Below are positions 17,184 through 26,048 of a stretch of DNA of 32,000 bases, one piece after another. Source of the DNA: Phycisphaera mikurensis NBRC 102666 (GTDB taxonomy: Bacteria; Planctomycetota; Phycisphaerae; Phycisphaerales; Phycisphaeraceae); assembly GCF_000284115.1 (NCBI RefSeq), contig NC_017080.1, positions 2,160,001 to 2,192,000 of the forward strand. Reading direction: 5' to 3'. A model generated the notes under the pieces. The model did no database searches and was not told the origin of the DNA. It worked only from the letters and a program-made list of their open reading frames with translations. The position numbers and the translations under genes were made by a program. Every line of letters starts with the position of its first letter. The first letter of the stretch is position 1.

Positions 17184-17654
17184 TCAAGCGGCACCGCCTC
17201 TCGCGGGGGCGTCGGCCCCGGAGGAGGCGGCACCTTCCTCGGGCGCCGCCTGCGCCTCGGGAACCGTTGCACCCGCGGGCACGGGAGCCTCGAAAGAAGG
17301 CGCGGGGTTGGAGCGGTCGCCGATGGCCTCGTCGGCCCGGCCCGGGTGCACCTTCCGGTCGGGCGAGCCGACGGCGGGTTCGGCGTGGGCCCCCAGCTCT
17401 TCGCCCGTCTTCGCGTGCTCCAGGTGCGAGTAGCGGTCGAGGTTGACGGTGACGATCTCGCCGTCGTCCTTCTCGAGCACGAGCCGGTCCAGCCACAGCT
17501 TGTCGTCCTTGCCGTGGGCGTACCACGAGCCGGTCTTCCGCTGCTCGAAGGCGAGCACCCGGCCGGTGACCTCGGTCGTCCAGCGACGCTTCTGCACCTG
17601 CTGCGTGACGGTCACGCGCGTGCCGACAGCGAGGCGATTGGGGGAAGGATTCAT
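17184..17654 (-). CDS. Hypothetical protein (conserved-looking 85-aa N-domain plus low-complexity Ala/Pro/Gly tail)
   Basis: 156 aa. High GC3. TAGGCT lies 7 nt before the ATG. It is followed 27 nt later by the rhodanese gene, so probably an operon. No family recognised. Confidence 0.5.
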   Translation of the reverse strand: MNPSPNRLAVGTRVTVTQQVQKRRWTTEVTGRVLAFEQRKTGSWYAHGKDDKLWLDRLVLEKDDGEIVTVNLDRYSHLEHAKTGEELGAHAEPAVGSPDRKVHPGRADEAIGDRSNPAPSFEAPVPAGATVPEAQAAPEEGAASSGADAPARGGAA

Positions 17655-17767
17655 GGCGCGGAGCCTAAGCCGGGGCGGGGGACAGGGAGCGACGCGGCGG
17701 GACGTGACTGCGCGGAGGGGCTGCGTGGTCCGCGATGGGCGCGGGGCGCGGGTTGAGCCGGCTCCGG

Positions 17768-17873
17768 GTGAGAGACGAAGTCAGCAGAGAGCAGGGAAGT
17801 GGAGAGCGCCGAGCGGAGCGACGGCGCGTCCTGTCCGTCTTCGTCTCTTCGTCTCTTTGCCTCTCCGTCTCTC
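17768..17873. repeat. Purine-arm/pyrimidine-arm imperfect inverted repeat with 8-nt periodicity (family A, locus A3)
   Basis: A purine-rich arm on the plus strand (17768-17826, gagagacgaag...ggaagtggagag...) faces a pyrimidine arm (17829-17873) with units tctcttcg/tctctttg/cctctccg. The reverse complement of these units, CGAAGAGA, is close to the CGAAGAAG unit of A1/A2. The element abuts miaB stop 17874-17876. Confidence 0.7.
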
Positions 17874-19559
17874 TCAACGCCGAACCGGCAGATCCGAAGC
17901 GATCCGCCCCTTCAGCGTCAGCGCCGACGCCGCCTCAATCTCCACCTCCGCCAGCGTGCCGATCAGCGACTCGGGACCCTCGAAGACCGCGATGAGGTCG
18001 CCGCCGGTGCGGCCGGACAGCTGCGTCAGCGGCTCCTCGGCGGCGGCCGCCGCCTGCGGCACCGGCTGCTTCGCCCGGGTCTCCCAGCCGAGCTCGACGC
18101 CGCCGACGCCCACGCCGGCCTGGGCCCGCGCGGCGGCCTTGGCGACCTTCGCAGAGACGCCCTCGACGAAGACCTCGAGGCGCTTGCCCACCTGCTCGGC
18201 GGAGATCTCCGCGGAGATGCCGTTCTGCAGATCGACCAGCTCTCGGTTGCGTCGCCGCTTCACCTCGGTGGGAACGTCGTCCTCCATGCGGTCGAACGCG
18301 GGCGTGCCGGGGCGGGGCGAGTACTTGAAGAGGAAGCTGTTCTTGAAGCGGGCCCAGCGCAGAAGCTCGAACGTCGCCTGGTGGTCTTCCTCGGTCTCGC
18401 CGGGGAAGCCGGTGATGACGTCCGTCGCCATCTGGGCGTCGGGCAGGAAGTGCCGCACCCGCTCCACCAGCTCGCGGAAGTGGGCGGCGCGGTAGCCGCG
18501 GTTCATGCGGGCGAGCACGCGGTCGCTCCCGCTCTGCACCGGCAGGTGCAGGTAGCGGCAGATCCGCGGCGAGTCGCGCATGACCGCGAGGATGTCGTCG
18601 CCGAAGTCGCGCGGGTAGCTGGTGACGAAGCGGAGCCGCCGGATGCCCGGCACCTCCTCGTGGATGCGGTGCAGCAGGTCGGCGAAGCTGACCGTCGTTC
18701 TCGAGAACACGGGCGAGGGCCCGCCCGTGCCCGCGTTCGGCGAGATCACGGTGCCCACCTGCGGCTGGACCACGCCCCCGACCGCGACGGCGGCGCCCCG
18801 GTCGAAGTGGTAGTGGTTCACCGTCTGCCCGAGCAGCGTCACCTCCAGCACCCCGGCGTCGGCGAGCTTCCTGCACTCCTCGACGATCGCGTCCGGCGGG
18901 CGGTGGACCTCCTCGCCGCGGGTGTGCGGGACGACGCAGTACGTGCACAGCTTGTTGCAGCCGCGGGTGATGCGGACGTAGGCCGACCTGCCGCCGGCCG
19001 AGGTGTCGTCCGCGGAGAAGGCGCGGGAGAGGTCGACCAGCTCCAGCGTGTCGGCGGCCGCGTCGAGGGTCTGCGTGCGCCGGTTCACGCCGCCGCCCCG
19101 CCCGCCCCGCAGCGCGGTGCGTCCTTCGACCGTGCGCGTCCTGCCCGGCGTCGTCCAAGCCGACCGCGTCTCCACCGACGTCCGCAGCTCGTTGTCGATC
19201 AGCGCCGGCACCCGATCCAGCTCGGCCGGCCCGCACATCAGGTTCACCTGCGGGTGCCGCCGGAGCAGGTCCTCCCCGTCGCGCTCGGCCATGCAGCCGA
19301 TCACGCCCACCACCACGTGCGGGTGCTCCCGCTTGTGCTGCCCCAGCAGCCCGATGCGTGACCAGACCTTGTTCTCCGCCACCTCCCGCACGCTGCAGGT
19401 GTTGAACAGCACCACGTCGGCGGACGCCCAGTCGTCGGTGAAGCCGTAGCCCAGGTCGCGCAGCTGGCCGGTGACCAGCTGGCTGTCGAGCACGTTCATC
19501 TGGCAGCCGAACGTCTCGAGGTAGACGCGGGGCCGTGAGGAGGAGGGCGCGGGCGGCAT
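17874..19559 (-). CDS. miaB: tRNA-2-methylthio-N6-dimethylallyladenosine synthase
   Basis: VYLETFGCQMNVLDS, radical-SAM CNKLCTYCVVP, C-terminal TRAM-like end. Start taken at ATG 19559 (MPPAPSSSRPRVYLETFGCQMN; TACCCT 9 nt upstream); the alternative is ATG 19607. Contains low-complexity insertions. Confidence 0.85.
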   Translation of the reverse strand: MPPAPSSSRPRVYLETFGCQMNVLDSQLVTGQLRDLGYGFTDDWASADVVLFNTCSVREVAENKVWSRIGLLGQHKREHPHVVVGVIGCMAERDGEDLLRRHPQVNLMCGPAELDRVPALIDNELRTSVETRSAWTTPGRTRTVEGRTALRGGRGGGVNRRTQTLDAAADTLELVDLSRAFSADDTSAGGRSAYVRITRGCNKLCTYCVVPHTRGEEVHRPPDAIVEECRKLADAGVLEVTLLGQTVNHYHFDRGAAVAVGGVVQPQVGTVISPNAGTGGPSPVFSRTTVSFADLLHRIHEEVPGIRRLRFVTSYPRDFGDDILAVMRDSPRICRYLHLPVQSGSDRVLARMNRGYRAAHFRELVERVRHFLPDAQMATDVITGFPGETEEDHQATFELLRWARFKNSFLFKYSPRPGTPAFDRMEDDVPTEVKRRRNRELVDLQNGISAEISAEQVGKRLEVFVEGVSAKVAKAAARAQAGVGVGGVELGWETRAKQPVPQAAAAAEEPLTQLSGRTGGDLIAVFEGPESLIGTLAEVEIEAASALTLKGRIASDLPVRR

Positions 19560-19706
19560 GGAGGGGCAAGGGTACGACGGGGCGGGGAGCAACCGGGAAG
19601 GAGCCATGGCGAGGACGGCGGCACGTCCCGCCGGCGGCGGGCGCGGCCGAGCCGCACCCGCTCCGCCCCGGCGCGTGCTCGCCCTCTCCTGCCTGCCTCG
19701 CCGCGG

Positions 19707-20924
19707 CTAGGCCGCCAGCGCGTCGAAGATCACGTTGCGGAACATCATCACCGCGTAGACCGCCACACACAGCGACGGCCCGTAGGGGATCACCCGCTTC
19801 TCGCCGGTCAGGACCCGCGAGATGCCGCCGGCTCCGAAGGCGACGAGCAGGCCCAGGAACGGGGCGACGAAGAAGGCGAGCGCGGCGTCGGCGGCGCCGA
19901 TGACCGCGCCCACCGCGGCCATCAGGTGCACGTCGCCGAGCCCCATCGCCTCCTTGCCGAAGAGCAGCGTGCCCAGGATGCGGACGAACCACACGACCGC
20001 GCCGCCGGCGAGGTAGCCCAGCAGCACGCCGCCGAGGCTGGCCGACCAAGCGGGCAGGAAGGCGGGGTCCGGGCCCGCGGCCGCCTCGCCCGCGAGCAGG
20101 CCGACGGCCGCGCCCGCGATCGGCGGCAGCACGAAGAGCACCTCTTTCAGCACCTCCCGCCGCGGGTGCGGGTGGGCGAGGAAGGCCTCGGGGTCCTCGC
20201 CCGGCAGCGCCGCGTCCTCTCCGCCGGGCTCCTCGGCGAAGGACAGCGGCAGGATCCCGCGCCGCAGCGCGAGCACGGCGAGGCCCAGCCCCGCCATGCC
20301 GCCCAGCGCCGCCCCGAGGCCGGCGTGCCCGACCGAGGGCACGAGGCTGCCGAAGGCGCCCTCGGGGTTGAGCGTGGGCTCGGCCGTGAGCCCCAGCGCG
20401 AAGGACAGCGGCATCGCCAGCGCCACCAGCGACGCCACCCAGGTGATGCCCAGCGGGATGATGTAGAGCTTCGCGTCGATCAGGCTCGCGGCGAGCATCG
20501 CCGCCACGAGCGTGAGGTGGACGCCGAGGATCGGCCACGTCAGGGCGACCCCGAAGACGGCGAAGGGCGGCCGCAGCTCGGTGAAGTAGTACGCGTACGT
20601 CAGCACGCCGAACAGCAGCGCCGTGGCCGCCTCCACCAGCGGGTACTGCGGGCTGATCTTCATCTTGCAGGTGCGGCACCGCCCCCGCAGCCACAGCCAG
20701 CCGAGCACCGGGACGTTGTCGAACCACGCGAGCCGCTGCTCGCACCCGGGGCAGCGCGAAGGCGGCGAGACGACGCTCATGCCCTCGGGCACCCGGTACA
20801 CGACGACGTTCAGGAAGCTTCCGACGCAGGCGCCCCAGAGGACCGCGAGCACGAGCGCGAACGCTTCCGCCGGCACGCCCCCGCCACCGGAGAGCGGGTC
20901 CGCCGGCACCGCCTGGGCGAGCAT
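19707..20924 (-). CDS. pilD: Type IV prepilin peptidase (A24 family)
   Basis: Start at ATG 20924 (MLAQAV...). [10 protein letters not shown], Cys pairs CPGC...[27 protein letters not shown]. 405 aa, longer than usual. The track ORF's upstream extension is antisense to xseB. Confidence 0.8.
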   Translation of the reverse strand: MLAQAVPADPLSGGGGVPAEAFALVLAVLWGACVGSFLNVVVYRVPEGMSVVSPPSRCPGCEQRLAWFDNVPVLGWLWLRGRCRTCKMKISPQYPLVEAATALLFGVLTYAYYFTELRPPFAVFGVALTWPILGVHLTLVAAMLAASLIDAKLYIIPLGITWVASLVALAMPLSFALGLTAEPTLNPEGAFGSLVPSVGHAGLGAALGGMAGLGLAVLALRRGILPLSFAEEPGGEDAALPGEDPEAFLAHPHPRREVLKEVLFVLPPIAGAAVGLLAGEAAAGPDPAFLPAWSASLGGVLLGYLAGGAVVWFVRILGTLLFGKEAMGLGDVHLMAAVGAVIGAADAALAFFVAPFLGLLVAFGAGGISRVLTGEKRVIPYGPSLCVAVYAVMMFRNVIFDALAA

Positions 20925-20935
20925 GGCGAGCCCGC

Positions 20936-21184
20936 TCAAGCGTCGCCCTCGGCGACGCGAGCCGGGCCGCCGGCGTCGATCACCAGCTCGGCCATCCGCG
21001 TTTCGGCGGTGTCGAGCACGTCTCGGCACCGCTGGATGAGCGCGGTGCCCGCGGCGTAGTCGCGGAGGGCGTCCTCGAGCGAGGTCTCGCCCGACTCCAC
21101 ACGCTCGATGAGGCCCTCGAGCGCCGTGAGCGCCTGCTCGAAGGGCATCGCTTCCACGTCGGCGGTCTCGGCGGGATCCGGCAC
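20936..21184 (-). CDS. xseB: Exodeoxyribonuclease VII small subunit
   Basis: 82 aa. [47 protein letters not shown] is the XseB helical hairpin pattern. GTG start, with TACGCT 6 nt upstream. 11 nt upstream of pilD. Confidence 0.8.
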   Translation of the reverse strand: MPDPAETADVEAMPFEQALTALEGLIERVESGETSLEDALRDYAAGTALIQRCRDVLDTAETRMAELVIDAGGPARVAEGDA

Positions 21185-21249
21185 CCTCGGAGCGTACCCG
21201 CCGCGCCTTCTGGTAGAACCGCGGCCCGCGCGTCCCTCGGAACCCGACC

Positions 21250-22092
21250 ATGTTCGCCCAGCTGGAGCTTCTCTGGGCCCGGCTGGGCGTCTACTTCCGC
21301 GAGGGCTGGTACTACGTGCTCATCGAGCTCGCGGTGATCTGGGTGGTCGTCTACCTGATCTTCCGCTTCCTCCGCGGCACCCGCGGGGCCCGCGTCGTGA
21401 AGGGCGCGGCGCTGATCCTCATCAGCGGCACGCTGGCCGTGCAGGTGCTCGGCGGCGACGAGAAGCTCGCCCGGCTGAACTTCCTCTACTCCAACTTCCT
21501 GGCCTTCGCCTCGGTGATGCTGGTGATCGTCTTCCAGCCGGAGCTGCGACGCGCGCTCGTCCGCCTCGGCGAGGCCCGGCTCTTCCGCTCCAGCGGCCTG
21601 CGGCGTGCCCGTGTGGTGGACGAGCTGCTCGCCTCGATTGCCTACCTGGCCCGGCACAAGGTCGGGGCGCTGGTCGCCATCGAGCGGCAGGTCGGGCTCG
21701 GCGGCGTGATCGAGGCCGGCGTGCGGATCGACGCCGAGGTGACCAAGGAGCTGCTGAACACGGTGTTCTGGCCGGGCAGCGCCCTGCACGACATGGGCGT
21801 TGTGCTCCGCGGCGACCGCCTCGTCTCCGCCGGCGTGCAGTTCCCGCTCGCCGACGGCGACGCCCTCCCGCAGGAGCTCGGCTCCCGGCACCGGGCGGCG
21901 CTGGGGCTGAGCCAGGAGTGCGACGCGCTCGTCGTCGTGGTCAGCGAGGAGACCGGTACGATCAGCCTCGCCGAGCGTGGACGCCTCGACCGCGAGCTGA
22001 CCGTCGAGGAGCTGCGGAGCCGGATCTCCAGGGGCATCGCGAAGGTCCCGCTGAACCCCTCGACCGAGACCGACACCGAACCCGCCGAGTGA
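21250..22092 (+). CDS. cdaA: Membrane-bound diadenylate cyclase (CdaA/DacA type, DAC domain)
   Basis: 280 aa. Three N-terminal TM segments, then [49 protein letters not shown] (RHR motif). Confidence 0.8.
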   Translation: MFAQLELLWARLGVYFREGWYYVLIELAVIWVVVYLIFRFLRGTRGARVVKGAALILISGTLAVQVLGGDEKLARLNFLYSNFLAFASVMLVIVFQPELRRALVRLGEARLFRSSGLRRARVVDELLASIAYLARHKVGALVAIERQVGLGGVIEAGVRIDAEVTKELLNTVFWPGSALHDMGVVLRGDRLVSAGVQFPLADGDALPQELGSRHRAALGLSQECDALVVVVSEETGTISLAERGRLDRELTVEELRSRISRGIAKVPLNPSTETDTEPAE

Positions 22093-22209
22093 CCCAGCGC
22101 CCGCAGGCCGGGCACTCGCCCCGGCGTGGAGGACGCGGATCGGCGGCGTGGGGACCGGCGGCGTCGCCCGCCCGCCCGCCCGAGCCGCCGGCGACCGCCA
22201 CGCCTCCGC

Positions 22210-22410
22210 TCACTCCTCGAACAGCGGCGTCCCCGGCGCCTCCACGTCCAGCTTGATGCCCGTGCAGGGCCGACCGTCGCGGGTGGCCAGCCGCAGGTGG
22301 CCGGGGGCGATGTCGCGGCCGTTGTCCTTGATGAAGGTCGCGACGGCGGTGATCAGGTCGGTTTCATCGAGCTCGAAGTGGCGGTCGTAGCGGTCGGTGG
22401 ATGAGGTCAT
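22210..22410 (-). CDS. Small hypothetical protein (66 aa)
   Basis: ATG 22410 is preceded by GGAGA 5 nt upstream. High GC3. No family recognised. The track ORF's longer N-terminus (to 22491) lacks an RBS. Confidence 0.45.
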   Translation of the reverse strand: MTSSTDRYDRHFELDETDLITAVATFIKDNGRDIAPGHLRLATRDGRPCTGIKLDVEAPGTPLFEE

Positions 22411-22516
22411 CGGGGTCTCCGGGTCCGGGTGGGGTGTGCCGGTCGAAGTTAGGATGATGATCGGACGCCGGCAACCCCGCCGGTTCTCCACCGCGGCCCA
22501 GCATTACGCTTGATCC

Positions 22517-23815
22517 ATGACCGCCGCCGCCACCGACGAAGCCACGCAGGACGTGCCGGCCCACTGCCAGGATCTCGCCGCCGCCGCCCGCGCCGCCGGC
22601 CACGCGATGGCCACCGCGCCCGGCCGCCAGCGCAACGCCGCGCTGCACGCGATCGCCGCCGCCCTCCGCGCCCGGACCCCCGAGCTGCTGGCGGCGAACG
22701 AGGAAGACCTCGCCGCCGCCGAAGGCAACGGCCTCTCCGACGCGATGATCGACCGGCTCCGCCTCACCGGCCCGCGGATCGAGCGCATCGCCGAGGCCGT
22801 CGACGCCATCGCCGCCCAGCCCGATCCCGTCGGCCGCATCCTCGAGGGCCGCGTGCTCGACAACGGCATCCGCCTCTCGAGAGTCCGGGTTCCGCTGGGC
22901 GTGGTCTTCATCGTCTTCGAGAGCCGGCCCAACGTGACGGCCGACGCGGCGGCGCTGTGCCTGAAGTCCGGCAACGCCGCGATCCTCCGCGGCGGCAAGG
23001 AGGCCGCCCACAGCAACCGAGCGATCCACGCCTGCGTCGCCGCCGGGCTCGGCGCCGCCGGCCTGCCCGCCGCCGCCGTGCAGCTGGTCGGCACCCCCGA
23101 CCGGGCCGCGGTGACGGAGCTGCTCAAGCTCGACGGCCTCATCGACGTGTGCATCCCGCGCGGCGGCGAGTCGCTCATCCGAGCCGTCGTCGAGCAGAGC
23201 CGCATCCCGGTCATCAAGCACTACACCGGCAACTGCCACGTGTACGTCGATGCCTCCGCCGACCCGGACATGGCCGAGGCGATCTGCCTCAACGCCAAGA
23301 CGCAGCGCACCGGCGTGTGCAACGCGGCCGAGACGATCCTCTTCCACGAGGCGACGCTCCGAAGCGGCCTCGCCGGCCGCGTCGTGGCCGCCCTGCTCGA
23401 CGCCGGGGTCGAGCTGCACGCCGGCGATCGCCTCCTCGACGCCACCCCCGCCCACCCGCGGCTCCGCCCCGCCACCGCCGCGGACTGGGCCGAGGAGTAT
23501 CTCTCCATGGAGTGCGCGGTGGAGGTCGTCGCTTCGCTGGACGAAGCGACCGACCACATCAACCGGTGGGGCAGCCGCCACACCGACGCGATCGTGACCG
23601 GCGACCTCGCCGCCGCCGACCGCTTCGTCGCCCGCGTCGACACCGCCAACGCCATGGTCAACTGCTCCACGCGCTTCAGCGACGGCCAGCAGTACGGGCT
23701 GGGCGCGGAGATCGGGATCAGCACCGACAAGCTGCACGCGCGGGGGCCGATGGGGGCGGAGGATTTGACGACGTATCAGTGGGTGGCGCGGGGGGATGGG
23801 CAGGTGCGGAGTTGA
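22517..23815 (+). CDS. proA: Glutamate-5-semialdehyde dehydrogenase (gamma-glutamyl phosphate reductase)
   Basis: 432 aa. PLGVVFIVFESRPNVT, ILRGGKEA, GNCHVYVD, VCNAAETIL, HTDAIVT, STRFSDG are ProA motifs. TACGCT lies 6 nt before the ATG. Confidence 0.9.
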   Translation: MTAAATDEATQDVPAHCQDLAAAARAAGHAMATAPGRQRNAALHAIAAALRARTPELLAANEEDLAAAEGNGLSDAMIDRLRLTGPRIERIAEAVDAIAAQPDPVGRILEGRVLDNGIRLSRVRVPLGVVFIVFESRPNVTADAAALCLKSGNAAILRGGKEAAHSNRAIHACVAAGLGAAGLPAAAVQLVGTPDRAAVTELLKLDGLIDVCIPRGGESLIRAVVEQSRIPVIKHYTGNCHVYVDASADPDMAEAICLNAKTQRTGVCNAAETILFHEATLRSGLAGRVVAALLDAGVELHAGDRLLDATPAHPRLRPATAADWAEEYLSMECAVEVVASLDEATDHINRWGSRHTDAIVTGDLAAADRFVARVDTANAMVNCSTRFSDGQQYGLGAEIGISTDKLHARGPMGAEDLTTYQWVARGDGQVRS

Positions 23816-23823
23816 CGTGCGAG

Positions 23824-23957
23824 CGAAGAAGCGGGGAAGCGAAGAAGCGAAGAAGTCGGCACGACCCGGAACGGTCTCGCGGTCCGGAGGCGGTCGGCGT
23901 AGCCGCCGCGTGCCTGTCTGACTTCCCCGCTTCTTCGCTTCTTCGCTTCTTCGCTTG
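23824..23957. repeat. Inverted pair of 8-bp-unit arrays around a 65-bp spacer (family A, locus A2)
   Basis: Left arm cgaagaag-cggggaag-cgaagaag-cgaagaag (23824-23855). Right arm cttccccg-cttcttcg-cttcttcg-cttcttcg-ctt (23922-23956), which is its reverse complement with the variant unit shifted. Located between the proA stop (23815) and the rarA start (23976). Confidence 0.85.
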
Positions 23958-23975
23958 ATCCGCAGAGCGGATGCC

Positions 23976-25337
23976 ATGCAAGATCTCTTCGCCGATCGCC
24001 GCCAGCAGAAACGCGACGCCGCCGCGCCGCTGGCGGTGCGGATGCGGCCGCGCACGCTCGACGCGTACGCGGGGCAGAAGCACCTGCTCGGCCCCGGCGA
24101 GCCGCTGGCGCGGCTGATCGCGGCGGACCGGCTCGGCAGCGTGCTCCTGTACGGGCCGCCGGGCACCGGGAAGACCACGCTGGCGGAGCTGATCGCGCGC
24201 CGCACCGACGCCGTCTTCGTGCGCGGCCACGCGGCGTCGGCGGGCGTGAAGGAGGTGCGCCAGGTGCTCGACGCGGCGCGGCAGCGGCTGGAGCTCGACG
24301 GCCACCGGACCGTTTACTTCCTCGACGAGGTGCACCGCTTCAGCAAGAGCCAGCAGGACGTGCTGCTCGAGGACGTGGAGCGGGGCGTCGTCACGCTGAT
24401 CGGCGCGACCACCGAGAACCCGATGTACGCGGTCAACGCCGCGCTCGTCTCGCGGAGCCAGATCTTCGCGCTCGAGCCGCTGTCCGAGCGGGACGTCGCC
24501 GGCGTGCTGCGGCGGGCGGTGGCCGACGAGGACAACGGCTACGGCGGGCAGGGCGTGACACTCGACCAGGACGCGCTCGCCTTCCTGGCCCGGGCCAGCG
24601 ACGGCGACGCGCGGAGAGCCCTCAACGCGCTGGAGGTCGCGGTGCTCTCCGAGCGTCACGCGGCGGAGGAAGGATCCGCGGACCGCGGGCCCGGGGACGC
24701 CGAAACCGCACCGGTCCGCGGGTTCCCGCCCGTGCGCGTCACGCTCGGAGCCGCCGAGAAGTCGCTGCAGCGGAAGGCGCTCGCGTACGACCGCGCCGGC
24801 ACCGAGCATCACGACACCATCTCCGCCTTCATCAAGAGCGTCCGCGGCAGCGACCCCGACGCGGCGCTCTATTGGCTCGCGAAGATGATCGTCGCCGGCG
24901 AAGACCCGCGCTTCCTCGCCCGCCGCATCGCCATCCTCGCCAGCGAGGACGTCGGAAACGCCGACCCGCGCGGGATCCTCGTCGCCGCCGCCTGCTTCGA
25001 CGTCGTCGAGCGGATCGGCATGCCCGAGGCCCGGATCACGCTCGCCCAGGCCACCGTCTACCTCGCCACCGCGCCCAAGAGCAACGCCAGCTACGCCGCC
25101 ATCAACGCCGCCATCGCCGACGTCGAAGCCAACCGCACGCAGCCCGTGCCCACCGCGCTGCGTTCCGCCCGCAACCGCAAGAGCGGCGACTACAAGTACG
25201 CCCACGCCGCCGAGGGCGGCGTGAGCGACGAGACGTACCTCGGCGTGCCGACGACCTTCTACACCCCCACCGACCGCGGCCACGAGGTGCGGATCGCGGC
25301 GTACCTGCAGTGGGTGAAGGAGCGCCGCGGCGCGTGA
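23976..25337 (+). CDS. rarA: Replication-associated recombination protein A (AAA+ ATPase, MgsA/RarA)
   Basis: LRPRTLDAYAGQKHLLG, Walker A GPPGTGKTT, Walker B YFLDEVHRF, GATTENP, C-terminal DAALYWLAKMIVAGEDPRFLARRI. ATG 23976 is preferred over TTG 23955, which lies inside repeat A2. Confidence 0.9.
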   Translation: MQDLFADRRQQKRDAAAPLAVRMRPRTLDAYAGQKHLLGPGEPLARLIAADRLGSVLLYGPPGTGKTTLAELIARRTDAVFVRGHAASAGVKEVRQVLDAARQRLELDGHRTVYFLDEVHRFSKSQQDVLLEDVERGVVTLIGATTENPMYAVNAALVSRSQIFALEPLSERDVAGVLRRAVADEDNGYGGQGVTLDQDALAFLARASDGDARRALNALEVAVLSERHAAEEGSADRGPGDAETAPVRGFPPVRVTLGAAEKSLQRKALAYDRAGTEHHDTISAFIKSVRGSDPDAALYWLAKMIVAGEDPRFLARRIAILASEDVGNADPRGILVAAACFDVVERIGMPEARITLAQATVYLATAPKSNASYAAINAAIADVEANRTQPVPTALRSARNRKSGDYKYAHAAEGGVSDETYLGVPTTFYTPTDRGHEVRIAAYLQWVKERRGA

Positions 25338-25365
25338 GCACAAACCGGATCGGCCCGGGCCGGTC

Positions 25366-25477
25366 AGGGCCGGACCGCCACGCGGTCCGGAACTCCGGCG
25401 CAGCCGGAGGCGTCCCGCCGACCCACGAAACACCGCCTGCTGGCGCAGGCGTTCCGGGCTGCGTGGCAGCCCGGCCC
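25366..25477 (+). repeat. REPIN-like quasi-palindrome, family R2 copy 1
   Basis: Hairpins CCGGACCGC-cac-GCGGTCCGG, CTCCGG-cgcag-CCGGAG, GCCTGC-tggc-GCAGGC, CCGGGCTGC-gtg-GCAGCCCGG. The ends GGGCCGG...CCGGCCC pair. The two outer hairpins are inverted homologues. Confidence 0.85.
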
Positions 25478-25509
25478 TTGCGTCCGTGGTAGGAGTTGCA
25501 GAACCACGC

Positions 25510-26010
25510 TCAGCCGCTGGAGACCGGCGACCGCCAGCCGCGGGCGTGGTCCCACAGCCAGCCGCCGTGCTGCGGGAGGTATTGCTCCCGGAAGAAGTCG
25601 AAGCCGTCTGCGTTCAACACCCGCCGCAGGTTTCCGCCTTCGGACAGAAAGGGAAGCGGCTCTCCCGCCTCCCTGAGTGCGGTGGAGACGGAGCGTTTGA
25701 TCGAGCGGCGGATGGAGGGCGCGGGCCGCTCGTCGCTCCATCCGACCAGCGGGTGGAGGTGAGTCAAGGAGCTCCCGATCGTCCAGACCTTCAACCGCAG
25801 CGGAGACGCCGAGGCAAGGATCGCCTCACCCGCGAGCCGCTGAACACGCGGCGAGAAGCGACGCTCCGGGTGCTTTATCGACAGCCGCTGCCACCGGCCC
25901 AGACGCGGAGCCGGAGGCTGCGTTTGCTTCTTGCGCCGATCGGTCCACCCCTCCTCCTTGTCGGCAAGCCAGGTCCCGTACGCGTGGAGGGTCAGCAAGA
26001 AGCGGGGCAT
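25510..26010 (-). CDS. HUH/Y1 transposase-like protein (REP-associated tyrosine transposase candidate)
   Basis: 166 aa from ATG 26010 (TACTCT 6 nt upstream); it is the C-terminal part of the spurious 620-aa track ORF. THLHPLVGW (HLH at residues 84-86) and REQYLPQHGGWLW (Tyr144) resemble the HUH and catalytic-Tyr motifs of IS200/RAYT proteins. The size fits RAYTs. Many A/T-ending codons. Confidence 0.6.
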   Translation of the reverse strand: MPRFLLTLHAYGTWLADKEEGWTDRRKKQTQPPAPRLGRWQRLSIKHPERRFSPRVQRLAGEAILASASPLRLKVWTIGSSLTHLHPLVGWSDERPAPSIRRSIKRSVSTALREAGEPLPFLSEGGNLRRVLNADGFDFFREQYLPQHGGWLWDHARGWRSPVSSG

Positions 26011-26048
26011 ACTTCGAGAGTACCGAACACCAACCAGATCTTTAGCGC

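Noticed and set aside
17935-20745. 936-aa minus-strand ORF spanning miaB and pilD, and the similar giant ORFs 28218-31829 (1203 aa) and 28169-31516 (1115 aa)
   Set aside because: Off-frame or antisense artefacts of high GC, dominated by R/G/P/A. Only the C-terminal 359 aa of 28169-31516 (from ATG 30437) looks like a real protein (GT2).
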